Of a stretch of 64,000 nucleotides of DNA, positions 40,012-48,586 are shown piece after piece. The notes beneath the pieces are model-generated. The model searched no databases and was not told the DNA's origin. It saw only the letters and a list, made by a program, of their open reading frames with translations. Every line of letters begins with the position of its first letter. Positions within the stretch are counted from its first letter, which is position 1. Origin of the DNA: Methylotenera sp. (lineage in GTDB: Bacteria > Pseudomonadota > Gammaproteobacteria > Burkholderiales > Methylophilaceae); contig JBKJRC010000014.1 of NCBI GenBank assembly GCA_046594915.1, positions 86,245-150,244 on the forward strand, read 5' to 3'. Made by a program: the position numbers and the translations under genes.

Positions 40012-41310
40012 TTAATTCGCGCCTACTGTCACCGATACAAAATCGGCAGGTTTAATACGGCGGTTGAACGCCTCTTTAATTTGCGCAGCAGTAACTTTAG
40101 CGATTTGTTGATTAAAATCATCCAGATACGTTGTTGGCAGTTGGTAAAATCCAATAACACTCAGATAATCTAAAATTTTACTATTGCTGTCAATTCGCAT
40201 CGGAAAGCCACCAGTGATATTATCTTTTGCGGCTTTGAGTTCTTTTTCCGTCACGCCATTTTGCATAAATTTGGCCAAGGTCTCATTCACTACTTTTAAT
40301 GCATCATTGGCTTGTTCTTTTTTGGTTTGCAAGCCAATTTGAAAAGGGCCTAATTCGCCCATCGGCATAAAATAACTGTAAACGCTGTACACCAAACCGC
40401 GTTTTTCACGTACTTCTTCGGTCAAGCGCGATACAAATCCGCCGCCACCCAAAATATAATTGCCCACATACAATGGAAAATAATCCGCATCGCCGCGCTT
40501 AATACCCGGATAACCCAATAAAATATGCGCCTGGCTGGCGGGATGCGCAATGTTTTGTGTGTTCGGCGCTTGCGGCAATGTCACTTGGGCGATTTTTACT
40601 ATCGCGTCACCTTGCGGCAAGCCTTTAGATACATTCTCTGCAATTTCGCGCGCTTGATGTTCCGTCATGTCACCTATCAGCGCGATTACCGCACTTTTAG
40701 CCGTGTAATATTGCTGATAAAAAGTGGTTAAGTCTTCGCGTTTTATGGCGGCAATCGTGTCAATTTCGCCGCTTTCATCCAAACTGTAAGGATGCGCGCC
40801 ATACAAAGCCCGCATAAACGCTTTGTTTGAAATGCTTTCTGGCTGCGTTGCTGCTTCTTGCAGCCCTGCAATAATACGGGTTTTTTCGCGCTCTAAAATA
40901 GCTTGCGGAAAATCGGGTTTATGCAGAACTTTGTTAAAAACAGTCAGCGCTTTGGCTTGTTCGCTGGTTAATGTACGCAGTTTGAATGCCGACCTGTCTA
41001 AATCCAGCTCGCCGCCTAATATCGCGCCAATATCGGCAAACTGGTTAGTAATCGCTTCTTCATTCATGCCATCAGCGCCCAATGTCATCAAGTATTTTGT
41101 CACGCCAGCCACACCAGAAGTCTGTTTGGTATCGCGCGAACTACCCGCCGGAAAATTAACGCTCAAATCTACAATCGGTAAATCATGGTTTTCGACAAAA
41201 TAAACCTGGCTGCCAGAACTGGTTTGCCAGTGATTGATTTTTACGGCTGCATTTGCACTTAAAGTAACGAAACAAGTGACTAAAACGATTAAAAATTGGA
41301 TTATTTTCAT
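40012..41310 (-). CDS. M16 peptidase family, non-catalytic subunit
   Basis: Signal peptide; no HxxEH; glycine-rich loop ILGGGGFVSRL; REKRGLVY. Confidence 0.88.
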   Translation of the reverse strand: MKIIQFLIVLVTCFVTLSANAAVKINHWQTSSGSQVYFVENHDLPIVDLSVNFPAGSSRDTKQTSGVAGVTKYLMTLGADGMNEEAITNQFADIGAILGGELDLDRSAFKLRTLTSEQAKALTVFNKVLHKPDFPQAILEREKTRIIAGLQEAATQPESISNKAFMRALYGAHPYSLDESGEIDTIAAIKREDLTTFYQQYYTAKSAVIALIGDMTEHQAREIAENVSKGLPQGDAIVKIAQVTLPQAPNTQNIAHPASQAHILLGYPGIKRGDADYFPLYVGNYILGGGGFVSRLTEEVREKRGLVYSVYSYFMPMGELGPFQIGLQTKKEQANDALKVVNETLAKFMQNGVTEKELKAAKDNITGGFPMRIDSNSKILDYLSVIGFYQLPTTYLDDFNQQIAKVTAAQIKEAFNRRIKPADFVSVTVGAN

Positions 41311-41354
41311 TGTAAAACCTTAAATTGAATTCTTAATTTTCAAAAATCTATTTA

Positions 41355-41459
41355 TAAAAATGCAAAGCTTTAAGTCAGACTAGGCGCGCAATGGCGATGT
41401 GTACATTGAGTAAACGAGCTGTTGCGCAACAACGTATGACGACAAGATTTGCATTTTTA
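41355..41459. mobile_element. ERIC-like miniature inverted-repeat element, copy 2 (between the M16 genes)
   Basis: Perfect 12-bp terminal IR TAAAAATGCAAA / TTTGCATTTTTA with TA at both ends; internal IR GCGCAATGGC / GCTGTTGCGC; core GTACATTGAGTAAAC. Confidence 0.65.
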
Positions 41460-41461
41460 AC

Positions 41462-42850
41462 TTAGTGTACGTGGGGTTTGCCGACTGGCTTCGCGTTTGG
41501 GTCAATTGGTTGCGGGTCCAAAGTGGCAATTGTCATATTATCTTTAGTTAAATATTTCTTAGCCACCATTTGCACTTGCTCAGAAGTGATCGCTCTGAGT
41601 TGTTCTGGATACTCTTTTAGCAAACGCCAGCTATAACCCATGGTTTCCAGCTGACCAATCTGCATGCCTTGATAAAACATCGAATCGCGCTGATAGACGT
41701 CTGCCGCAATAACAGCGGCTTTTACGCGGTCTAATTCTGTTTGCGTGACGCCCCCTGTTTTAATTAACTCAATTTGTGCGATTAACGCTGTTTCCAACTC
41801 AGCCACAGTTTTGCCTTCCGCAGGCGTACCCACCAACTCAAACAAGGCGTGACGTCCGCGCGAAGTACTATCGTAACCAGCGCCAACATCCAGCGCCACA
41901 GAGGTTTCACGCACCAATTTTTGATTCAGCCTTGCAGAATCATTGCCGCTTAATACGCCAGCCAACACATCCAGCGCGTACGGTTCCCAAGTTTGTTCTG
42001 GCGTGATTGGTATATCTTGCAAAGTTGGTGCATGAAAACCCATGATTAAGTACGGTAATTTGCCTGGTGCCTTCACTACAGCACGCCGTTCGCCGATTTG
42101 CGCTGGCTCGATTTGCGGCTTTCTGGCAGGCAAAACTTTGGGTTTAATCGCCCCAAAATATTGCTTGGCCAATTTCAAAACTTCTTGTGTTTTAACATCA
42201 CCGACAACGACTAACGTTGCATTATTGGGCGCATACCAATTTTTGTACCACTCACGCGCATCCGCCGCGGTCATATTTTCTAAATCATTCATCCAACCTA
42301 CAACTGGCTTGCCATAAGGATGCGCATTATAAATCGTGGCCTGAAACTGCTCATTCACTTTTGATTGCGGCTTATCTTCGGTGCGCCAGCGGCGCTCTTC
42401 CATCACCACTTTAATCTCTTTAGCAAACTCTGCATCGGTAATCACTAAATTTTGCATGCGGTCGGCTTCCAGCTTCATGGATAACGGTAAATGCGATTTT
42501 TCTAATTGCTGAAAATAACAGGTGTAGTCGGTGCCAGTAAACGCATTTTCCTTGCCGCCAGCAGCGGCTATCAAACGTGAAAACTGGCCTGCCGGCACAC
42601 GCTTAGTGCCTTTAAACATCATGTGTTCCAGCACATGCGCCACGCCGGTTTTGCCATTCACCTCATCTAAACTGCCTGCGCGATACCACACTTGTGAAAC
42701 CACTACTGGCGCGCGATGATCTTCTTGCACGATCAATTTCATGCCGTTACTCAATTTAAATTCTTGAATTTCAGCTTGCGCAAATAACGATGTGAATACT
42801 AACAATAGCGCGGCAATTTGAATCGGTACGATTTTGAATTTTATCAGCAC
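41462..42850 (-). CDS. M16 peptidase family, zinc-binding catalytic subunit
   Basis: HVLEH (HxxEH), NAFT, EERR, WYAPNNATLVVVGD; signal peptide. Confidence 0.92.
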   Translation of the reverse strand: MLIKFKIVPIQIAALLLVFTSLFAQAEIQEFKLSNGMKLIVQEDHRAPVVVSQVWYRAGSLDEVNGKTGVAHVLEHMMFKGTKRVPAGQFSRLIAAAGGKENAFTGTDYTCYFQQLEKSHLPLSMKLEADRMQNLVITDAEFAKEIKVVMEERRWRTEDKPQSKVNEQFQATIYNAHPYGKPVVGWMNDLENMTAADAREWYKNWYAPNNATLVVVGDVKTQEVLKLAKQYFGAIKPKVLPARKPQIEPAQIGERRAVVKAPGKLPYLIMGFHAPTLQDIPITPEQTWEPYALDVLAGVLSGNDSARLNQKLVRETSVALDVGAGYDSTSRGRHALFELVGTPAEGKTVAELETALIAQIELIKTGGVTQTELDRVKAAVIAADVYQRDSMFYQGMQIGQLETMGYSWRLLKEYPEQLRAITSEQVQMVAKKYLTKDNMTIATLDPQPIDPNAKPVGKPHVH

Positions 42851-43004
42851 GAAAAATCTTTCTAAAGCAGGGATTAAAAAATAGGCAAATTAAATTAAGC
42901 AAATTAAAGACACGGTATAAATTAGTTTAGTTCCTGCGCAGACTTAATAGCACGCATGCAATTTTACGACTAAAATAGGCGTTAATCGTTTTTTAAAGCC
43001 TGTT

Positions 43005-44045
43005 ATGTTTAATATTTTTAAGAAAAAACCAGAACCGCCCGAAACTCCAATTGAACCAGTTGACCAGCCTGAAATAGTTTCAGCCAATGCAGATGTCACT
43101 GCAACCCCACCCATTGCAACAGAATTAAGTTTTGCACAGCGCCTTAAACAAGGCTTGGCCAAAACCCGCCAGCAATTATCTGGGCAGTTGAATAGTTTAT
43201 TTGGCGGCGGCAAAATTGATGCAGAAACTTATGAAGAACTCGAAACCATTCTGCTGACGGCGGATATTGGCGTGGCGGCAACCGCACAATTATTGGACAA
43301 CTTAAAAAAGCGCGTAAAACGCGAAAATTTAGAAGAAACAACCGCGCTTAAACAAGCCTTAAAAACCGAATTATTAGCCGTTTTAGCGCCTTTAGAAAAA
43401 CCATTACAAACCAATAATCATCAACCTTTTGTGATTATGTTAGCAGGTGTCAATGGTGCGGGAAAAACCACGACCATTGGCAAATTGGCTAAACTATTTC
43501 AAGGCCAAGGCAAAAGCGTTTTAATTGCGGCAGGCGATACGTTTAGAGCCGCCGCCAGAGAACAATTGCAAGTGTGGGGCGAGCGCAATAATGTGCAAGT
43601 GATTGCGTCTGAAGGCGGCGATGCAGCCGCGGTGATTTTTGATGCGGTGAATTCTGCCGTGGCAAAAAAAATCGATATTGTGATTGCTGACACCGCTGGC
43701 CGATTGCCAACACAAATGCATTTAATGGATGAAATCAAAAAAGTACAGCGCGTCATTGGCAAAGCCCTACCCAACGCGCCGCACGAAATTTTGTTGGTGA
43801 TTGATGCCAACACTGGCCAAAACGCCGTGAGTCAAGTGAAAGCATTTGATGATGCGCTTGGTGTAACCGGCTTAGTATTAAGTAAGCTTGATGGCACCGC
43901 CAAAGGCGGCGTGATTGCGGCGATTGCACAATTAACCACTGAACGGCAACGACCAATTCCAATTCGCTATATTGGCATTGGCGAGGCGATTGACGATTTA
44001 CGCCCGTTTAATGCACAAGCGTTTGTGGATGCGCTTTTTGATTAG
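43005..44045 (+). CDS. ftsY: SRP receptor FtsY
   Basis: GVNGAGKTTT, DTFRAAA, DTAGRL, KLDGTAKGG. Confidence 0.97.
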   Translation: MFNIFKKKPEPPETPIEPVDQPEIVSANADVTATPPIATELSFAQRLKQGLAKTRQQLSGQLNSLFGGGKIDAETYEELETILLTADIGVAATAQLLDNLKKRVKRENLEETTALKQALKTELLAVLAPLEKPLQTNNHQPFVIMLAGVNGAGKTTTIGKLAKLFQGQGKSVLIAAGDTFRAAAREQLQVWGERNNVQVIASEGGDAAAVIFDAVNSAVAKKIDIVIADTAGRLPTQMHLMDEIKKVQRVIGKALPNAPHEILLVIDANTGQNAVSQVKAFDDALGVTGLVLSKLDGTAKGGVIAAIAQLTTERQRPIPIRYIGIGEAIDDLRPFNAQAFVDALFD

Positions 44046-44208
44046 TATTTGAATAGTTAGTCACACAAACTTTGAAGATTAATTACACAAACTTAACCAC
44101 TTTTTTAAGGCTAATTTTTTAACGCTATGATTTCAAAACATGGATTTCAAACCCATCACGCTATAATAAAAACGTTTAACCCAAACCAATGCTTAGCCTA
44201 AATTATTT

Positions 44209-44910
44209 ATGATTGTTTTTGACAACGTCACCAAACGCTATCCCGCCAGCGGCGACGCGATTATCCAAGCGAGTTTTACGATTGAGCCAGGCGAACTGGT
44301 GTACGTTACTGGCCATTCTGGTGCTGGCAAAAGCACGTTGCTTAAGCTAATGGCGGCGATTGAACGCCCAACCAACGGCACTGTGTTGATTCACAATCAA
44401 AATGTCAGCAAATTAAAAGCAGCAACATTGCCCTATATTCGGCGCAAATTTGGGCTGATATTTCAAGATCACAAATTGCTGTATGACCGCAATTGCTTTC
44501 AAAATGTGGCGCTGCCATTGGCGATTAACGGCATTACCGGGCAAGAAGCCGCTAGACGCATTCGCGCAGCGCTGGATAAAGTTGGGCTTTTAAACCGCGA
44601 AAAATCCATGCCGATTACGTTATCTGGCGGCGAACAGCAGCGTTTGGCCATTGCGCGCGCAGTGGTGAGCAAACCGTCAATTTTGATTGCAGATGAGCCT
44701 ACTGGTAATTTGGATAAAAATTACGCCTCAGATATTCTGACGCTTTTTAAAGCATTTCAGCAAGTTGGCGTAACGGTTGTTATCGCCACGCACGATGCGC
44801 TCGGCCAGCACAGTTCTGACAATAAACCTTATGAAAACAAGGTGTTGCATCTCAATCAAGGCAAGTTAACTATCCCAAGCCTAGATATTCAAGCAGGTGT
44901 AACTGCATGA
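44209..44910 (+). CDS. ftsE: Cell division ATP-binding protein FtsE
   Basis: [33 protein letters not shown]; between ftsY and ftsX. Confidence 0.95.
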   Translation: MIVFDNVTKRYPASGDAIIQASFTIEPGELVYVTGHSGAGKSTLLKLMAAIERPTNGTVLIHNQNVSKLKAATLPYIRRKFGLIFQDHKLLYDRNCFQNVALPLAINGITGQEAARRIRAALDKVGLLNREKSMPITLSGGEQQRLAIARAVVSKPSILIADEPTGNLDKNYASDILTLFKAFQQVGVTVVIATHDALGQHSSDNKPYENKVLHLNQGKLTIPSLDIQAGVTA

Positions 44911-45806
44911 AAAGTTGGCTGATATCCCACGCGCAAGCCTTACAATTAGTGCTGTCGCGCTTTAAAGCAACTAAATTCAGCACGCTATTAATCTGCTTAA
45001 GCATTGGCGTAACATTGGCGCTGCCAACCACCGCATATATTATTTTAGATAATTTAAAAGCACTGGTTAGCGATGTTAAAAGTGAATCGCAATTAAGTAT
45101 TTTCCTAGCGCCAGATATCAAGCACTCTACGGTTGCCAATATCAAACATGCACTCGAAAAAAATGCAGCGATTCAAGTGGTTAAGTTCGTTTCAAAAGAA
45201 GATGCACTTGCGCAATTAATGGCCAACGATGCTAACCCAATTACGCTGGATTCACTCACAAACAACCCGCTACCCGATGCTTTTTTTATTCAGCCAAAAC
45301 AGCTAGACACGGCTTCAGTTGCATCGCTTCAATCGTATTTAAGTAAAATTGAAGGCGTTGAGCAAGTGTTAGTCGATGGCGCATGGATTAAGCGGCTTAA
45401 TTATTTATTGCTGCTGGGCAGTAAAATATTAATTATTTTGGCTGGTTTATTAGGCTTTGCGCTGGTTGCAGTGATTGGCAATACCATCCGCATGCAAATT
45501 TTAACCCAACAGTCCGAAATCGAATTAAGCCAATTAATAGGCGCAACCCAAAGTTTTATCCGCAGGCCATTTTTGTATTTAGGCGCATTGTATGGGCTTG
45601 GTGGCGGTATGTTGGCGTTACTAATATCGTGGCTGATAATAGTTTTTTTTAATCAAACCGTTCAAGAAATAGCTGCCAATTATCAGCTAGATTTTTCACT
45701 GCATTTTTTGTCTGATTTTGCGCTGGTTGCCCTGTTAATTAGCGCAACGGCGCTCGGCTGGCTGGCCGCTTATTCCACGGTAACACTGCCGCACAAAAAG
45801 TCTTGA
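44907..45806 (+). CDS. ftsX: Cell division permease FtsX
   Basis: NPLPDAF, VIGNTIR, LIGATQSFIRRPFLYLG; 4-TM layout. Confidence 0.95.
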   Translation: MKSWLISHAQALQLVLSRFKATKFSTLLICLSIGVTLALPTTAYIILDNLKALVSDVKSESQLSIFLAPDIKHSTVANIKHALEKNAAIQVVKFVSKEDALAQLMANDANPITLDSLTNNPLPDAFFIQPKQLDTASVASLQSYLSKIEGVEQVLVDGAWIKRLNYLLLLGSKILIILAGLLGFALVAVIGNTIRMQILTQQSEIELSQLIGATQSFIRRPFLYLGALYGLGGGMLALLISWLIIVFFNQTVQEIAANYQLDFSLHFLSDFALVALLISATALGWLAAYSTVTLPHKKS

Positions 45807-45973
45807 TACTTTACTTTAATTGTATGACCCATTTGGGCTATTGTTTCAATGACGCATCTTATTTAAGATCATGATGTAGATAAAAGATTTGAAATAAATT
45901 TTGGTGTTAAAGCAAGTTAATTGTTTTAACTTTATTAATCAGTTTTATTATTTTTAATTAACGGGGAAATAAA

Positions 45974-46645
45974 ATGAAAAAATTAGCACTCGCAGTAGCA
46001 TTATTAGGAGTATTTGGGTCTGCACAAGCCGCTCACTTATCTGTTGCGAACCAATCCGCACTAATCAATCCTTTTGGAAATTATGATGGTGAACCATTAA
46101 CTGTCACTGGCGCAGAAACCGCGGGTGTAACAGGTAACCTTTTTGCAAACGTTGCTGGTAGCATTACGTTTACTTATTTAGGTCAAGAAAGTGGTAATAA
46201 AAATAGATTTATATTAGAACTTGGTAATAGCACTAATCTTAAATTTGTCGATAATAATGGTAATGCTGGCACCACTCCACTTGGAACTGGAATTACCGAT
46301 GCTTCTGTAGGGCCAGGCTTGGTTGATTTTAGATTTAGAGATACCTCACAAAGCTCTAATAATATTGTACAAAACGGTTTTAATCCTAATGGTAGTAACG
46401 GCTTAAAATTTGCATTTTTAGGTAATCTCGATGGTAATAATGTATTTCAATTTGATCACGTTAGTCAATTTGGACCATTCGACTACATCTTAGGATTTAA
46501 TGACTTTGGTAATGACGATGACTACGATGACTTGGTAGTTGGCGTTAACTTCACGCCCAACGCAGTACCAGTACCTGCAGCATTGCCATTAATGGCTTCT
46601 GCTCTGGCGCTATTTGGTTTCGGCGCAAGTCGTAGACGTATTTAG
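45974..46645 (+). CDS. VPxPA-CTERM (PEP-CTERM-type) surface protein, copy A
   Basis: Sec signal (AQA), acidic FND.G.DDDYDDLVV motif (DUF4114-like), C-terminal AVPVPAALPL-TM-RRRI exosortase sorting signal. Confidence 0.85.
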   Translation: MKKLALAVALLGVFGSAQAAHLSVANQSALINPFGNYDGEPLTVTGAETAGVTGNLFANVAGSITFTYLGQESGNKNRFILELGNSTNLKFVDNNGNAGTTPLGTGITDASVGPGLVDFRFRDTSQSSNNIVQNGFNPNGSNGLKFAFLGNLDGNNVFQFDHVSQFGPFDYILGFNDFGNDDDYDDLVVGVNFTPNAVPVPAALPLMASALALFGFGASRRRI

Positions 46646-46685
46646 TATTAAACCTTAATATTCAATCAGCATATTAAGTTAGCTT

Positions 46686-46715
46686 AAAAAAAGGACGCCT
46701 TGGCGGCCTTTTTTT
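46686..46715 (+). terminator. Rho-independent terminator of copy A
   Basis: AAAAAAAGGACGCC-tt-GGCGGCCTTTTTTT, one mismatch. Confidence 0.8.
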
Positions 46716-46904
46716 GTTTGTAAAATTCCACAGAAAATATAGCTTTAACCAGCAAGCGAGTACGTCACAAGACACATGCGATAGACTAATTAATAGCACT
46801 TATTGATAGCATTTGAATAAGCCACTTCAGTTATTTATGGTGCTCGTAAACTTATGTGTATTTAAATGTTGAAATGAATTCCAAACACTTTGCAAATTTA
46901 TCAA

Positions 46905-46925
46905 TGTATATTACGATAATATACA
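46905..46925. promoter_or_regulatory. Palindromic operator upstream of brnT (probable antitoxin site)
   Basis: TGTATATT-acgat-AATATACA, overlapping a GATAAT -10-like box, ending 3 nt before the brnT ATG. Confidence 0.6.
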
Positions 46926-46928
46926 CAC

Positions 46929-47225
46929 ATGATTGATTGGTTGCTTATTACAGGTTTTAATTGGGATTCTGGCAATGCACAAAAAAACGAATTCCACTTA
47001 GTAGCGCAATCAGAATCTGAGCAAATATTCTTTAATGAGCCTTTGCTGATTCTTTGTGACGAAAAGCACAGTCAAAATGAAACAAGATACCACGCACTTG
47101 GTCGACCGAATGGTAATAGACTACTGCATGTTACTTTTATCCTGCGTAAAGACTTAACCGAAATAAGGGTAATTTCAGCACGTGATATGCACAAAAAGGA
47201 AAAGGCTAAATATGAAACAACTTAA
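46929..47225 (+). CDS. brnT: BrnT-family type II toxin (RelE-like ribonuclease)
   Basis: FNWDSGNAQKN, HSQNETRYHALG, RVISARDM..KEK..Y. Confidence 0.9.
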   Translation: MIDWLLITGFNWDSGNAQKNEFHLVAQSESEQIFFNEPLLILCDEKHSQNETRYHALGRPNGNRLLHVTFILRKDLTEIRVISARDMHKKEKAKYETT

Positions 47226-47472
47226 ACCAATGCCAATGTTTAAAAATGAGGCAGAAGAAGCGGCTTTTTGGGCTGTAACTGACAGTACTGACTACTTAGA
47301 TTGGGATAAAGCTAAAAAAATAAGGCTTCCCAGCTTAAAACCAAGCACGCAATCAATCTCAATTCGTGTCACGGTAGATATGCTTGAACGCTTAAAGTTA
47401 GCAGCCAATAAACGCGATGTTCCTTATCAGTCATTAGTAAAGATTTGGCTTGATGAAAAATTAAGTGCCTAA
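47212..47472 (+). CDS. BrnA/CopG-family RHH antitoxin
   Basis: FKNEAEEAAFW, DSTDYLDW, ISIRV..DMLERLK..A....PYQSLVK; ATG at 47212 overlaps the brnT end. Confidence 0.88.
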   Translation: MKQLKPMPMFKNEAEEAAFWAVTDSTDYLDWDKAKKIRLPSLKPSTQSISIRVTVDMLERLKLAANKRDVPYQSLVKIWLDEKLSA

Positions 47473-47706
47473 ATTTGGATCACATAAACTTTACTGATGC
47501 ACATTATTTATCCCATTAAATTGATATTTGGCAAAAAGTCTTCTTTTTTATTTGCGATAGACTGACCCAATCGGGCCATTGTTCATCTGCCTCACAATCC
47601 GTATCCTTGTATTTGTCAGTAGATACTTATATCAACTTAAACTTTAATAACATTAATCGTTTCATTCGTTTAGTTTTATTAAACTTCAATTAACTAAGGG
47701 AATGAA

Positions 47707-48375
47707 ATGAAAAAATTAGCACTCGCAGCAGCATTATTAGGCATGTTCGGCACCGCACAAGCTTCTGGCTTATCTGTTGCGAACCAATCCGCACTAATCA
47801 ATCCATTTGGAAATTATGATGGTCAACCACTAACAGTTACTGGCGCAGAAACCGCTGGCGTTTATGGCAATCTTTTTGCAGACGTTGCAGGTAGCATTAC
47901 GTTTACTTATTTAGGTCAAGAAAGCGGCAACAAAAATAGATTCAGACTAGATCTTGGTCGCAGCACAAAATCATTTTACGATAATAATGAACGCTCTGGC
48001 ACTACTCCGCTTGGTGATACTATTACTGACCGAACCGTAGCACGTGGTTTGGTTGATTTCAGATTTGTAGATACTTCTCCGCGCGGCGATGATCAAATTG
48101 TGCAAAACGGTTCTAATCCTAACGGTAGAAATGGTTTGTCTTTTGCGTTTTTAGGCAATGTGGTTGAAGGTAATTTTGTTTATGACCACGACACTACTTT
48201 CGGTCGCTTTGACTACATCTTAGGATTTAATGACCTTGGCAACGATGATGACTATGATGACTTAGTTGTTGGCGTTAATTTCACTCCAAATGCAGTGCCA
48301 GTACCTGCAGCATTGCCATTAATGGCTTCTGCTCTGGCGTTATTTGGTTTCGGCGCAAGTCGTAGACGTATTTAG
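47707..48375 (+). CDS. VPxPA-CTERM (PEP-CTERM-type) surface protein, copy B
   Basis: Paralog of 45974-46645 with identical C-terminal sorting signal. Confidence 0.85.
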   Translation: MKKLALAAALLGMFGTAQASGLSVANQSALINPFGNYDGQPLTVTGAETAGVYGNLFADVAGSITFTYLGQESGNKNRFRLDLGRSTKSFYDNNERSGTTPLGDTITDRTVARGLVDFRFVDTSPRGDDQIVQNGSNPNGRNGLSFAFLGNVVEGNFVYDHDTTFGRFDYILGFNDLGNDDDYDDLVVGVNFTPNAVPVPAALPLMASALALFGFGASRRRI

Positions 48376-48415
48376 TATTAAACCTTAATATTCAATCAGC
48401 ATATTAAGCTAGCTT

Positions 48416-48443
48416 AAAAAAGGACGCCTTGGCGTCCTTTTTT
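48416..48443 (+). terminator. Rho-independent terminator of copy B
   Basis: Perfect AAAAAAGGACGCC-tt-GGCGTCCTTTTTT. Confidence 0.88.
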
Positions 48444-48500
48444 AATTTTTTGAAACTCGTTTAGTTGTAAATATTGGTAACAATTTGAAACTATTCGTCA

Positions 48501-48527
48501 CTAGCACTCTCATATTCAGAGTGCTAA
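48501..48527 (+). promoter_or_regulatory. CIRCE element (HrcA operator) upstream of rpoH
   Basis: CTAGCACTC-N9-GAGTGCTAA versus TTAGCACTC-N9-GAGTGCTAA (1 mismatch); overlaps extended -10 TGcTAAAAT (48522-48530). Confidence 0.92.
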
Positions 48528-48586
48528 AATAGCATTCAACTATTTAAAGTTACTTTGTTTCAATTTACTTTTAAGGAGTTTTTATC

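Larger units (their letters stand above)
45794..46715 (+). repeat. Segmental duplication unit A
   Basis: Homologous to 47532-48443: CAAAAAGTCTT followed 31 bp later by TGACCC in both, then paralogous gene and near-identical 3' tail with terminator. Confidence 0.8.
47532..48443 (+). repeat. Segmental duplication unit B
   Basis: Homologous to 45794-46715. Confidence 0.8.

Noticed and set aside
45981-47722. TTAGCACTC at the 5' end of both VPxPA-CTERM genes
   Set aside because: Only a CIRCE half-site with no GAGTGCTAA arm; explained by the L-A-L codons of the signal peptide.
45794-48443. Integron or prophage remnant
   Set aside because: No integrase, no attC R/L boxes and no phage genes; the repeats are gene-sized homology plus terminators.
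48484-48515. Sigma32 or sigmaE promoter for rpoH (TTGAAA/GAAACT ... TCTCA)
   Set aside because: Spacing fits neither consensus well (17 nt versus 13-14 for sigma32); the extended -10 within CIRCE is the simpler reading.
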